A DNA stretch of 63,548 nucleotides, filler included, from Chiloscyllium plagiosum (lineage: Eukaryota), in the NCBI RefSeq assembly GCF_004010195.1. It is 4 parts of one record of this genome, joined end to end, with 100 filler letters (N's around TTAATTAATTAA, not from the genome) between each part and the next. Parts side by side here need not be neighbours in the genome. Positions count along the whole stretch, not along the records: positions 1 to 31,588 come from NC_057712.1; 3 more parts are not named here. One strand, written 5' to 3'. The notes under the pieces are model-generated. The model was given only the letters and a program-made list of their open reading frames with translations, was not told where the DNA came from and did not search any database. The position numbers were made by a program, and so were the translations under genes. Of this stretch, positions 1 through 12,460 are shown one piece after another. The stretch's first letter is position 1. Each line of letters opens with the position of its first letter.

Positions 1-330
1 GAGGCAGCATTGTGTGGGGAGGGGCAGCATTGTGTGGGGGGAGTCAGCATTGTGCAGGGAAGAGGCAGCATTGTGTGGGGAGGGGCAGCATTGTGTGGGG
101 GGAGTCAGCATTGTGCAGGGAAGAGGCAGCATTATGTGTATCCCAGCACCGCAAGGACTGCAGCGCCTCCTCTCCACCTTCTCAAGGGCAGCTCGGGCCG
201 TGCAATGAATGTGTGGGGAGGGGCAGCATTGTGCAGGGAAGAGGCAGCATTATGTGTATCCCAGCACCGCAAGGACTGCAGCGCCTCCTCTCCACCTTCT
301 CAAGGGCAGCTCGGGCCGTGCAATGAATGC
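1..330. repeat. G-rich minisatellite (~20-bp GAGGCAGCATTGTGTGGGG unit, 61-bp and 118-bp higher periods) fused to a duplicated LINE 3' tail
   Basis: GAGGCAGCATTGTG recurs at 1 and 62; ATTATGTGTATCCCAGC recurs at 131 and 249. The short ORFs here are repeat translations. Confidence 0.9.
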
Positions 331-1226
331 TGGCCCAGGCACTGACAGCCCCTGAATGAATTGAAACAAAATGCCAGAGCATGATAGTGGACTGGAATTT
401 GCTGCCAGAAAGTCTGGTACTGGCAGAAACCCTTTTCATATTTTAAAAAGAGTCAGATACATGCTGAGTTGGCTTGCAGGGTCATGGATGAAGAGTGGGA
501 AAGTGGGATTAGGCTAATTTTAAGTCTGCTCTTGAATTTTAAATGAAACAGCCCACTTTCAATCCTCCATGTTGTGGGAATGTACAACGTTAGCCAAGGC
601 AGCTCACTGTGTTGGCTGCAGACTAATACATAGCAGCTTGTAAATTTATAAAAGATTTAAAATCTAGGGTCAGAAAATAAACAGAATCAGCAGTGAAACC
701 ATCTCTTTAGTTGGTCCATTAGGATACAGACAGGACAGCTCCTTTAATTAATTGACTGATTGATTAGTTATAACAATAGCTGCAGCTTGCATCAGCATCT
801 GTACCAAGAGTGTTGCTCCATCCAGGCAATTGGAAAGAATTTCAGGAACTCAGATGCATCAGGTTACAGTAACAGATGTGATATGCACTTCCCCCGGGAC
901 CCTATGAATAAAATTCCTGGTGTTCTTATTGAACTGAAATTTGCATCGGTTTGATCTTGGAATTATCATGAATGGCAAGGAAATGATCATTTCCTTCCTG
1001 TTTGTTTATGTTAAACAAAATGAGAGAGAATTATTAAAAAGACCAAATGGGTAAATCGCTCTGACCCATCAGTTGAGCTTCCCCCTGATAGGGTTGTGTT
1101 TAAAGTTTCATGTGGTTGATCTGCTCACGAAGAATCAAAATTTACATGTGTAGGAAAGGACCCACATTCATTCAACACTTATGATCCAGAAGTTGTTGTG
1201 TCAGTGTTAACTCTGAATTATGATCC

Positions 1227-1560
1227 ACAGAATCCCTACACAGTGAAAGCAGGCCGTTCGGCCCATCAAGTCAACACCAACCCTCCATAGAGCCATCCCA
1301 CCCATCCCTGTAACTCTGCATTTCTCATGGCTAACCCACTAAGCCTGCACATTCCTGGACACTGTGGGCAGTTTAGCATGGCCAGTCCACCTAACGTGTA
1401 CATCTTTGGATTGTGGGAATAAACCGAAGCACCCAGGGGAATCCTACACAAACACGGGGAGAACCTATAAACTCTACACGGACAGTTGCCCTGTATTGAA
1501 ATCGAACATGGGCCCCAGGCACTGTGAGGCAAAAGTGCTACCCACTGAGACACCATGCCC
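1227..1560 (-). mobile_element. HE1-type tRNA-derived V-SINE
   Basis: Reverse complement of the tRNA-like head, V-domain (GGAGTTTGCACATTCTCCCCGTG-like) and CR1-like tail seen in other copies in this window. Confidence 0.9.
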
Positions 1561-2169
1561 ACAGTTAACTCCCCTTGTCCAGGGCTTTGCTCGCCCTGTG
1601 TCCCTCATCTGCATCTCCTCTTATGGAGCTGAACACTGGAATAAAATGTGAAGCATGTGCAATGTTGCTCCTTTCTCACTGGGATCAACCAAGTTGGATG
1701 ACAACTGAAATAATGCAGGAAATGGGCAGCAGCTTATCTTGGAAGATGGAGCACATTGGTATCCTGGAAAGGTCCTTCACCTGGGCCATAGTTCCTCACG
1801 CACTGGTCATGGGCATAAGGATCTCATCCCTTTCAGAACATAAGGACGTTGGAAAGGATTGTGGACTGCATTGTATTGTAAACAGTTTGAAAAAAGGTTG
1901 CGTGGCTATTTCACTTGATTTCAAGTGTCTTTATGGGAGTGAAAACAAGTGCCAATCGTTCAACCTGTTCTAACATTCTATCAGGTCACAGCTAATCTGT
2001 AACTCAAATCCATTGGTTTGCCATTAGTCCATTTCCCTTTGAAACCTTTATGTATTAGAAATAGATTGATCTCTTTTGCAAATTTCAATGCACAACATGC
2101 TTGATTTTGGCATTGATGTATCGTGGCATACGGGGCCTTTGCTATTGGTTACACATGTCTCAGTAAGAG

Positions 2170-2520
2170 CAGCAATTACTTTTATAGAGCAGGTTTAATT
2201 TAATATACTGTCAGAAACGCATCCTAAAATAAGACTTAATGTTGAGCATCGCCAAAAAGCTTGACCAATGAAGTAGATTTGAAGGATTATTTTCGAGGAG
2301 GAATATGAGCTACGGAGGCAGAGATGTACACGGAGGGAATTTCAGAGCCATGAGCTCGGCAAGTCAGGGCATGGCTAGCACTGATGGAGCAATTATAATT
2401 GGAAAGTCCCAAGAGAGCTCAGCTAGGGGAGTGCAGATATTCCATAGGGTTGGAGAGCAGGAGGAGAGGTCTGGGAGGGGTAGATCCATTGAGAAATGTG
2501 AAAACAATGACATGCGTTTA
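2170..2520 (-). mobile_element. Old L2-like LINE 3' fragment
   Basis: Degenerate reverse-complement similarity to the L2-like segment at 61705-61990. Confidence 0.5.
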
Positions 2521-3885
2521 ACAATCAATGCGTTGCCTACCAAATATTATACTTTCTACCTTACACAAACTAGATGAAGGGGATTAGTAACTTAATTAAT
2601 TGGGTTAATTTGTTTGAAGAAGTGAAACAATGTTGAATAATATCTGGGAGGCTAGTGAACTCATATTGTCTTGAGGACAGCCCCTATTCTCTGCCTGATA
2701 ATTACATGAGTAAAATACGTTCTGTCTGGTAATGCTTAGCAGTTTTAGCCATGCCAGCTAAAGATGTACCACAACATCTTGCTTTTTTTGCTATCTCAAA
2801 ATGGATCCTTCAGCAGTCAGATTGCTATTCACATTCCATTAAAAGGATACTGTTATGCATGTAAATATTTAATTATACAAATCGATAAACGTGTGTTTCA
2901 ACTGATTCCAATATCGGACAAATCCAATCCCAGTTAGATTATAACTTTGTTTTGTTTTAATGTCAAGGCCAGTTCCTGAAAATATTCACAAGAGGCTGTC
3001 ACTGTACTTTGAACATGAAGAACAAAATACCTATTTGACAAGGGAAAATAAACATCAGGTAAATTTAAATCAGACAAAAAGGTTGGAAAGACTTAATTCC
3101 AAATTCCAGGAAAAATAATCCAAATTCATACCATTACTTTAACAGAGCAGTATCTTTATAAACACCTCATATTTGGTAGAGATCTGCCACAGTCTCCACA
3201 CTAAAACTTCTTGTGTAGGCTGGTACAGCTGTAACTGGCTTCTTTTTGACACATTTCTGTGCGCTCGCGAGATGTAATTTTTCTTTAACAGGGTAGCTCT
3301 CCCTGAGACTCCTAAAAAAAGCTGCAAGTTAAACCCACATTACTTCAAATTAGAGTAAACAACCAAATTCTCTAAATTCAGTTCCCAGCAGTCTCTGGCC
3401 CACAGCGCACTGAGTGACTGACTTTCTAGATTGTTCCGTCTCTATGTTGCACACTTGGGAGCACAGATTTTGAAGTCTGTGAGAACCAACAGCAGTACCA
3501 ACATCTCATTTGGAGCTTAATCAGGAGCAAGTTCTGAAAGGAGAGCCGGAAGAAGTGTGCTGATGTTGGAATGTATGTCCAGTGGGGCAAATGGCCATGT
3601 GGCTGTTATCTGAAACACTGCATTGAATGACTGAACAGCAACAGGCTTTGTTGAACTTAGCTATGTACAGAGGATGGTGAAGGATGACATCTTTAACTAA
3701 AGCCTTAAGACCCATGCTCCATGCGATCTGATGATGAATTAGTTCCTTTTGCAAATGTAACTATCCTTAGAGTTAAGGTATTAAGGCTATGGGCCCTGTT
3801 AACATTCCAACAATAGTACTGAAGGTTTGAACTCCAGAAAGATTGGGTTGGGATATTGAAACAGCTTGGCCAGGCGGTGCAACTA

Positions 3886-3985
3886 GTTAGAGTCATAGAG
3901 ATGTACAGCATGGAAACAGACACTTCGGTCCAACTCATCCATGCCGACCAGATATCCCAACCCAATCTAGTCCCACCTACCAGCA
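3886..3985 (-). mobile_element. CR1 LINE 3' terminal fragment
   Basis: TAGAGTCATAGAG tail and CCCTTCGGTCCAAC-type stem shared with 12854 and 48985. Confidence 0.8.
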
Positions 3986-4385
3986 CGGGTAGTGTCCTAG
4001 GCCCAACCATCTTCAGCTGCTTCATCAATGACGTTCCCTCCATTATAGGATCAGAAGTGGGAATGTACACTGATGATTGCACAACTTTCAGCACCATTGC
4101 GAATCTTCAGTTGCTGACACAGCTCATGTTCATATGTATCAAGACTAGGACACATTCAGGTTTGGCTGAAAAGGGGCAAGTAACATTCATGCCTCAAAGT
4201 GCCGGGAAATATCTCCTCCAAGAGAGATTTTATCCATCATCCCTTGACAATCAATGGCATCACCATCACTCACTTCCCACTCTCTCAATATCCTGGGGGT
4301 TGCCATTGGCCAGAAACTAAACCTGAACAATCCATATAAATACTGAGATGACAAGAGCAGATCATATTTTAGTAATTTTACAGTA
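3986..4385 (+). mobile_element. CR1-clade LINE RT fragment
   Basis: Translation GSVLGPTIFSCFIND...MYTDDCT (RT QG/YADD motifs). Confidence 0.85.
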
Positions 4386-4391
4386 AATACT

Positions 4392-4685
4392 TAGATTAGA
4401 TTCCCTACAGTGTGAAAACAGGCCCTTCGGCCCAACAAGTCCACACCAACCCTCCAAAGAGTAACCTGCCCAGACCCATTTCCCTCTGACTAATACACCT
4501 AACACGATGGGCAAATTAGCATGGCCAATTCACCTGGGCACATCTTTGGACTGTGGGAGGAAACCAGAGCACCCAGACACAGGGAAAATGTGCAAACTCC
4601 ACGCAGACAGTCGCCCAGGGCTGGGATCGAACCTGGGTCCCTGGTGCTGTGAGGTAGCAGTGCTAACCACTGAGCCACCATGCTG
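4392..4685 (-). mobile_element. HE1-type V-SINE
   Basis: TTAGATTAGA tail, V-domain and a tRNA B-box (GGTTCGATCCC on the minus strand). Confidence 0.92.
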
Positions 4686-4771
4686 ACTGACTTTCCCTCC
4701 TCTTTTCCCCAGTACCCATCCACCACCTACAAGATAAAAATCAGGTGTTTGACTTTCCACTTCTTATTCAA

Positions 4772-5782
4772 GATGAGAATGGTGCTGGAAAAGCACAGCA
4801 GTTCAGTCAGCATCCGAGGGGCAGGAAAATCAATGTTTCGGGCAAAAGCCTCTCACCAGGAATGAGGCTGGGAGCCTCTGGGGTGGAGAGATAAATGTGA
4901 GGGGGTTGGGGCTAGGGAGAAGGTAGCTAAGAGTGCAATAGGTGAATGGAGGTGGGGGATGAAGGTGATAGTTTGGAGAGGAGGGTGTAGCGGATGGATT
5001 GGAAGGAAGATTGGCAGGTAGGACAGGTCATGAGGATGGTGCTGAGCTGGCAGGCTGGAACTGGGGTAAGGGGGGGTGGAGGGGAAATGAGGAAACTGTT
5101 CAAGTCCACATTGATGCCCTGGGGTTAAGTATTCCGAGGCGGAACACCTCATCCTCATCTCAATCCACCTATTGCACTCTTCTCCCCAGCCCCACCCCCC
5201 CTCCCATTTATTTCTCCACCCCAGAGGCTCCCTGCCTCATTCCTGATGAAGGGCTTTTGCCTGAAACGTCGATTTTCCTGCTCCGTGGAAGTTGCCTGAC
5301 CTACTGTGCTTTCCAGCACCACTCTAATCTTGACTCTGCAGCATAACTTGCCTATTCTTATACTTAATATCCAATGAAGGCAAGCATGCCATAAACCTTT
5401 CTTACTACCTTATCTACCTGCACTACCGTCTTCAGTGATCTGTGGACCTGCCCACCCAGATCTCTCTGCAAATCAATACTCCTAATGGGTTCTGCCATTC
5501 ACTGTATAATTTCCAAACTGTACTTAACTTTCCAAAATGCATCACCTCACATTTGTCCAGATTAAATTCCATCTGCCACCACCTCCACCCACCTATTGCA
5601 CTCTTAGCTACCTTCTCCCCACCCCCACCTCCCTCCCATTTATCTCTCCACCCCAGTGGCTCCCAGCCTCATTCCTGGTGAAAGGCTTTTGCCCGAAACA
5701 TTGATTTTCCTGCTGTGCTTTTCCAGCACTACTCTAATCTAGACTTTGCTCTCCAGCATCTGCAGTCCTCATTTTCACCTAG
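4772..5782. mobile_element. Composite PLE: inverted pLTR with GIY-YIG end (4772-5144, -), pLTR (5146-5335, +), CR1 internal fragment (5336-5578, -), pLTR (5578-5782, +)
   Basis: pLTR sequence in both orientations. Flanking 23-bp direct repeat TTGAYTTTCCACTTCYTATTCAA at 4749-4771 and 5783-5805 (2 mismatches). Confidence 0.85.
5243..5270 (+). ncRNA. Minimal hammerhead ribozyme motif in PLE pLTR
   Basis: CTGATGA A GGGC TTTT GCCT GAAACGTC: conserved core, stem II and GUC triplet. Confidence 0.75.
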
Positions 5783-5819
5783 TTGATTTTCCACTTCCTA
5801 TTCAAAAGTAGAGTTTCAA

Positions 5820-6270
5820 CAACACTTCAGCAGCTCGACACCATCTAGGCCAAAGCAGCCATTTTCCTGACCTTTCATCCATCCTTTTCAACATTTGCCT
5901 CCTGCATTACCAAAGCACAGTCACATCAGTGTGTGGATGGTCTAGCAGATGCATTGCCACAACTGCCCAAGTCTCATTTGATAGCACTTTCAAAGCGCAT
6001 GACCACTACCGTCCAGTAGGGCAAGGGCAGCAGGTGTCTGTGAACACCCCTACCTGCAAGTTCCCCCCAAGCCACTCACCATCCTGCCTTGGAAATGTAT
6101 CTCCATTCCGTCACTGTCACTGGGTCAAAATCGTTCCCTCACAGCTTTGTGTGAGTCCACAAACCCTCACACAATTTGCAGCATTTCAAAAATGCAGCTC
6201 TCCAAGATAATTAGGGAAGGTTAGTAAGCGCTGCCTCAATGCCTCATTGCATGACTAAGTACGAAAACAA
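5820..6270 (+). mobile_element. Old CR1-clade LINE 3' end
   Basis: CACCTGCAAGTTCCCC...CACTCACCATCCTG motif shared with 22480-22740 and 48100-48880. Confidence 0.7.
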
Positions 6271-6286
6271 ACAGCACAATCCTGGG

Positions 6287-6408
6287 CCATTGGACTCGAA
6301 GCGTTAACTCTGATTTCTCTTCACAGGTGCTGCCAGACCTGCTGAGCTTTTCCAGCAACTTCTGTTTTTGTTTCTGATTCACAGCGTCCACAGTGCTTTC
6401 AGTTTTTA
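6287..6408 (+). mobile_element. PLE pLTR fragment, family 2, truncated inside its hammerhead
   Basis: GGACTCGAAGCGTTAACTCTGATTTCTCTTCAC...CTGCCAGACCTGCTGAGC; ATCCTGGG repeated at both flanks. Confidence 0.75.
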
Positions 6409-6948
6409 ACATGATCCTGGGATTTGGAGCTCAGTTTATAAGAGAATGATTGACAGATTTTCAGCTTATTCCCTCAGAGGAAAGAAGGAGACAGAAAATC
6501 CAGTGTTGAAAATGTTGAGAGGTATGAGAAATGAGAAAGTAGGTGAAGTCAATTATAATCATGAAGCTCAAGGCCATGAGGATAAAATGAGGCTTTTAGT
6601 GGGAATTGAGATTGGAAGAAATAATTAGTCTAGAAATGACTGCCTGCAGTCTTAGCTTTAACAGTACACTCATACCAGATTCCTTTTTCTGCAATTTTAA
6701 CAGGAGCTTTAACCTATTGATTTGAAATAGTTTAATGGCTCTGTTAAAGGAAGAACAGAGAATGTCAGACAGATTCCGCAGGCTCTACACTCGCATCAAA
6801 ACAGGCATTTCCAGGGTCTTTGCAACCCCACCCCCACCAGTAAATTGTTGGAGATGGGATTCCCATCAAAAACAATTTAGTTTACTCCTGATAAACCAAA
6901 GTCGTGTCTTACTCGAAAGAAAATCCAGTTGCCCAATCGTTTGAATCA

Positions 6949-7243
6949 AAGAATTCCTACAGTGTGGAAGCAAGCCATTTACTCCATTGAGTTCACACCA
7001 ACCCTCTGAAGAGAATCCCACCCAGACCTATCCTTGTAACCCTGCATTACCCATGACTAATTCACCTAGCCTGCACACCTCTGGGTATTACAAGCAATTT
7101 ACCATGACTAATCCATCTAGCCTGCACATCCCTGGACATTACGGGCAATTTACCATGACTAATCCACCTAAGCTGCACATGTTTGAACCCAGCTCCCTGG
7201 TACTGTGAGGCAGCAATGCTAACCACTGAGTCACTGTCCCACC
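6949..7243 (-). mobile_element. HE1-type SINE with an internal 51-bp tandem expansion and a V-domain deletion
   Basis: CCATGACTAAT recurs at 7051, 7102 and 7153; SINE head and tail are present. Confidence 0.85.
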
Positions 7244-7274
7244 CCATTGGAAGTGCAATGTGAACAACAAGGGA

Positions 7275-7425
7275 ATCCAGAACAATCTCAGTTATCTGAA
7301 CATCAGTTATCTGAATGTCGGATTATCGGAACAAGATCTCAAGATCCTGTAAATTATCCATTATCCAAACAATCAGTTATCCGAACAAAATACTCCCTGC
7401 CTGTCCCGCTTAGATTATTCTGTAA
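7275..7425. mobile_element. Degenerate Tc1/pogo(Tigger)-type MITE
   Basis: Repeated TTATCYGAAC subterminal motifs in both orientations, ending ...CTGTA. Confidence 0.55.
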
Positions 7426-7674
7426 TGGTTAAAACATCAACCTGTGGAAATTTAAATGAAGCAACATTGAATTAACAAGTTTTATGCACACACAGACTGA
7501 CCAAGTTAAAAACTATCTGATTAAGAAGCAGATGATGATGATGATGATGAAAGTCCATTAACGCCATAAGAAATCCCACATATTGAAGATGGTGGTTGAG
7601 TAGCAAGTTTAGTGCAGCCATTCAAGGAAGGGATTAATTAGTGCGATTTTTAAACCTGACTGCTTACTCTGATC

Positions 7675-7800
7675 ATTTTGATTTGATTTCTTTATTGTCA
7701 TGTGTACCTAAGCACAGTGAAAAGCTTTGTTTATGAGTAGCACAGGCAGTGAATAGTAAACAAGGACATACAGATAAAAGTGTAGAACAGATAGAAGAGT
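7675..7800 (-). mobile_element. Rex1/Babar-like retroposon 3' tail
   Basis: Minus strand reads AAAGCTTTTCACTGTG...ACACATGACAATAAA followed by (TCAAA)n. Family assignment is from memory. Confidence 0.55.
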
Positions 7801-8509
7801 TGTTAGAGAGCTCGCAAGGATCTGCACAGTGTCAGCATAATCTTCTTGTATTCCCTTTCTCCTCTCCTCAAGGCATTGTCTTCTTTCACTGTTTCCTTTT
7901 GTATGTCACTCAAGAGGTTACTGTTTGATATTGAATCCTGAAAAGTAAACGCTGGTCAGCATTTGGCCATGATAGGCACCCTAGTTCAGTTCAATACTGT
8001 GCTTGTTCAACAGCTCCTATTGTCACTTAAAATGCAGTTTCCAATCAGGGCACCAAAGCCAGTTGTTCTTCACAACAAATTATACTGAGATCAATTGTGG
8101 TGTCCCAACAACAACTGAGGATCAAAATGGGTTCTTTCTGAATTGTACAGCTCAGCCATACCTTCAGCAAAGTTGCTAAACCATCAGGCAAAAGTTTTGC
8201 TTAATTTGACTTTGTTGTGGAAAAGTCATGGTCAATTCGCAATGCTTTGCCTTTTTGGTTTATATAAAGTAGTTACCTGTTCAGGATGTTAAGATATAAA
8301 GTCCGCGCACAGATTATTTGGATAAGATATGGGAATGGAACAAGCTACAAGTGCCAAATGGCCACCTCCTGTTCCAGAAATCCTTACAGCATCGCCCATG
8401 CAACTTAACTTCATGTAGAAAGACTTTGGATTCCACATCTACTGGTCTGGGATTAGCTGGTAAGTGACAAAATGATGTAAAAGAAGACACTCTCAGTGGT
8501 CGCACCTAT

Positions 8510-9620
8510 GAACATGAGGAATAAGAGTAGGATGAGGCCATTTGGCCCCTCCAACCTGCCCTTCCATTGCTTATCTAGCTGTTAGTTGTAAATCTATTTT
8601 TATCCCAGTCCACCATGGACCATGACTTCTTTATCAATTAAAAATCTCTCTATCTCAGCCTTGAATATGTTAAATGACCCAAGCTCCAGTGCTTTCTGCG
8701 AGTTGAAGTAGATAATTACAACTATTAGCAGCCCTCTGAGAGAAGGAATTCCTCCTCAGCTCAGTCTTCAAACCTTTGATTTTGAAATCATGCCCGCTAG
8801 TTCATGACAGGAAACTATCTCTCAGCATCTACCCTGGCAAGACCCCTCAAAATATTGCATCTCAATAAGATTATCCCTCTTTTTTCTAAGCTCCGAGGAG
8901 AGTAGGCCCAAACTACTCAAACTTTCTCATAAGCCAACATCTTGATCAATCCAGTGAACCTTCTCTGATCTGCCTCCAGTACATATCCTCCTTAAGACCC
9001 CTCCCCCATTCCCTCTACAGTTGTGGAAAGACTTCCTTGCTTTTATATTCCATTCCCCTTGTAATAAAGACAAACTTCCATTTTCCATCCTAATTACTTG
9101 CTGTACCTATTTTGTTTTGATTAATGTACAAAAACATCCAGACCGCCTACACCGCAGAATTCTATAGTCTTTCTCCTTTTAAATAATATTCAGCTTTCCT
9201 CTTTGCTTGCCAAAGTGAACAATGACACATTTCTCACCATTATATTTCATCCTCCAAATGTTTGCCCATTCACTTAATCTATCTACACCACTTTTTCAAC
9301 TCTGGTCCCTTCATGAAAGGCATTAACCTAGATTGTAAATTAATAAAACTCCATCACAGATTCCCTACAGCACTCCACCAGCAGGGGTTTGCCAAGCTGA
9401 ACATGACCAATTTACCTCAACTCTCTATTTCTGGCTGGTTAGCAAATCCTCAATCTCATGCTACAATCTCACTCCCTACACCATGAGCTCTTAACTTGTC
9501 AAGTAACCTTTTATGTGGCATGTTATCAAATACCCTTTGGAATCCATATGCACTCCGCCTATCAGTTGGTCTTTCCCTACCCTGTCCACTCCTGCCTCAA
9601 AGAACTCCAAAGATGTAGTC
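8510..9620 (-). mobile_element. Old CR1 LINE RT/3' fragment
   Basis: GGCCATTTGGCCCCT 3' stem and degenerate RT similarity to 15496-17410. Confidence 0.75.
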
Positions 9621-10729
9621 AAATTCAATTTCTGGGTCAAACGCTGTCAAAGAACTGTTACAGTTCTGATCACTGAGTAGTCATAAACTGTCCTGGACTG
9701 AATTCTCAGCAACTGTCTGCTGTGATGATCAGTAAGATTAGATTTACCAGCAATAGGCAGTACTCAGCTCCAAGTGACCAGTCATGGGCAATATATTATT
9801 GAGGAACCTTGCCAGGCTCACCAGTTGGGCACTTGCTTGCTCACTGGCCAAAGACAAGAAATGGTGTCTCTGGCCTTGGGGGCTCTGAGAAAGAGTGAAG
9901 CTTGTTGCCATGGTTTATTGGGACTGTACCATCATAGTTCCACACTTGGCAAAACAAGTTGCAATTCGGCCATTGCAATGGTGGCAGGAATGACACAGTT
10001 GGCGATAATGCCCTTAAGGAGGGGGTGCAAGGAGCATTAGGTTCACCCTTGCTGTTTATTCAGTGACCTGTGATAAAAATTCTGCATGCGTGTCTGAGGG
10101 CCTCGGGTGTCATCTGCACTGTTGTCAGTATCTTGTCGAAGTTCACTGCTTGCCGAGTCACCTGAACGAGGTACCAGATGGTGACCAGTATCAGCTGAGG
10201 GTGGCAATACATTCTGAAGAGGAGAGCTGACAGAAAATTGGCTAAAAGAACCAATTTGTGAGAACAACATACTGTCAGCTGACAAATGATGTTGAATGGT
10301 GCTGTTCAGTTTAACTAGTTTGGCATTGATATAGGTTGGAGTTTTAACTTAAGAGATTACTTTCTTTCCAGGTTCTTTAAATGAATTTTCATCACTTAGT
10401 ATAAAGCAGTTTCTTTGATATGTTGATGGATTCTCTAATTGGATTGAGTATACTAGATCAATCAACATCTCTATCTGAACTAAATATAATGGTGGATAAT
10501 TGAACTGGTGTTTGGTCCTGTCCTTACTGACCACAATCAAATCCTATTTGCTTCAGATCACCACAAACCATTTATGGACGGATTGAATTCCGTTTGGAGA
10601 AAAAAAATCTAGCTACTCCTAACGGTCTTAATCCAAATAATCATGAGTCCATTTCACCAATTTAGCCAGAATTTGCCTGTGAGACCAATCTCCTACTCCC
10701 TTGATCCTATTTCCACAAAACCGCTAATC

Positions 10730-10845
10730 AGGATACGGACAGGATATGGATCATGTAAGTGAAGACAGTTTTAGTATGGAAAGGTAGGCTTGGAGGGCCG
10801 AAGGGCCTGCTCCTGTGCTATATTGTTCTTTGTTCTTTGTTCATC
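10730..10845 (+). mobile_element. CR1 3' terminal fragment
   Basis: GGGCCGAAGGGCCTG stem-loop plus (GTTCTTT)n tail. Confidence 0.75.
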
Positions 10846-10923
10846 CAACTTCCTCTCCTGGTTACCATGTTCACCAACAGTGTCAGTAGTTCTCGGTCTT
10901 CAGGCGTTGACCTCCTCACCATT

Positions 10924-11614
10924 AGAACATAGAACATAGATGTTGCGCCGATCCAAGCCCACCTAATCTACACTAGCCCACTATCCTCCATATGCCTATC
11001 CAATGCCCGCTTAAATGCCCATAATGAGGGAGAGTCCACCACTGCTACTGGCAGGGCATTCATGAACTCATGACTCGCTGAGTAAAGAACCTACCCCTAA
11101 CATCTGTCCTATACCTACCCCCCCTTAATTTAAAGCTATGCCCCCTTGTAATAGCTGACTCCATACGTGGAAAAAGATTCTCACTGTCGACCCTATCTAA
11201 ACCCCTAATCATCTTGTACACCTCTATCAAGTCACCCCTAAACCTTCTTTTATCCAATGAAAACAACCCCAAATGCCTCAGCCTTTCCTCATACGATCTT
11301 TCTACCATACCAGGCAACATCGTGGTGAACCTCCTCTGCACCGGTTCCAGTGCCTCCACATCCTTCCTATAGTATGGCGACCAAAACTGCACACAATACT
11401 CCAGATGCGGCCGCACCAGAGTCTTATACAACTGCAACATGACCTCAGGACTCCGGAACTCAATTCCTCTACCAATAAAAGCCAGTACGCCATATGCCTT
11501 CTTCACCGCACTATTTACCTGGGTGGCAACTTTCAAAGATCTGTGTACATGGACACCGAGATCCCTCTGCTCATCCACACTACCAAGTATCCGACCATTA
11601 GCCCAGTACCCCAT
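10924..11614 (-). mobile_element. 5'-truncated young CR1 LINE (ORF2 C-terminus)
   Basis: ORF 11060-11656 contains DLGV...LYKTLVRPHLEYCVQFWSP...FFTQRV; (AGAACAT)n tail. Confidence 0.95.
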
Positions 11615-11677
11615 TAAATCTGTCAATCCCTGAAAGTAAAACAGCACTTGACACAACCTTCAATGAAAAGTGCCATC

Positions 11678-12020
11678 TAGAACATAGAACATAGAACATA
11701 GAAGAATACAGCGCAGTACAGGCCCTTTGGCCCTCGATGTTGCGCCGATCCAAGCCCACCTAACCTATACTAACCCACTATCCTCCATATACCTATCCAA
11801 TGCCCGCTTAAATGCCCATAAAGAGGGAGAGTCCACCACTGCTACTGGCAGGGCATTCCATGAACTTACGACTCGCTGAGTGAAGAACCTACCCCTAACT
11901 TCAGTCCTATATCTACCCCCCCTTAATTTAAAGCTATGCCCCCTTGTAATACCCGACTCCATACGCGGGAAAAGGTTCACACTGTCAACCCTATCTAACC
12001 CCCTAATCATCTTGTACACT
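11678..12020 (-). mobile_element. 5'-truncated CR1 LINE, same family as 10924 and 60210
   Basis: ORF2 C-terminus YKMIRGLDRVD...FKRALDRYME; (AGAACAT)n tail. Confidence 0.95.
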
Positions 12021-12343
12021 TTTTTTTTTTTTCTTCTCTTGTCTGCAAATTCCCATTCCTGAGCAAACTCCTCGAATGTGTTGTCCTCACAGAGCCATTC
12101 CCACTTTTCCTACAATTCCATGTCTGTTTCCTTCCAAATCAGTTGCTGCTGCATCATAGTGTCAAAACGGTTTATTGAAGTCAAAAAATGATAATTCATG
12201 TCACTGTGACTGAAGTAAAGCTTCTCTCTTACTTTATCTTTGCATAGTCTTTGACATGCCCTATCTTCAACCAAAACATCTCCACTGCCATCCAGGTAGG
12301 GTGGACAACTCTGACAAAGCCAGGAAAGGCCTTTCAGCACATA

Positions 12344-12460
12344 GTGTCATAGAGTCATAAAGGTGTAAAGCACAGAACAGACTCTTTGGTCAAGCTCATC
12401 CATGCCGACCAGATATCCTAAATTAACCTGGTCCCATTTTCCAATAATTGGCCCATAGGC
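12344..12460 (-). mobile_element. CR1 3' terminal fragment
   Basis: GTCATAGAGTCATA tail; matches 3886 and 12854. Confidence 0.8.

Noticed and set aside
10..345. Cys/Gly-rich ORFs
   Set aside because: They are translations of the minisatellite in several frames.
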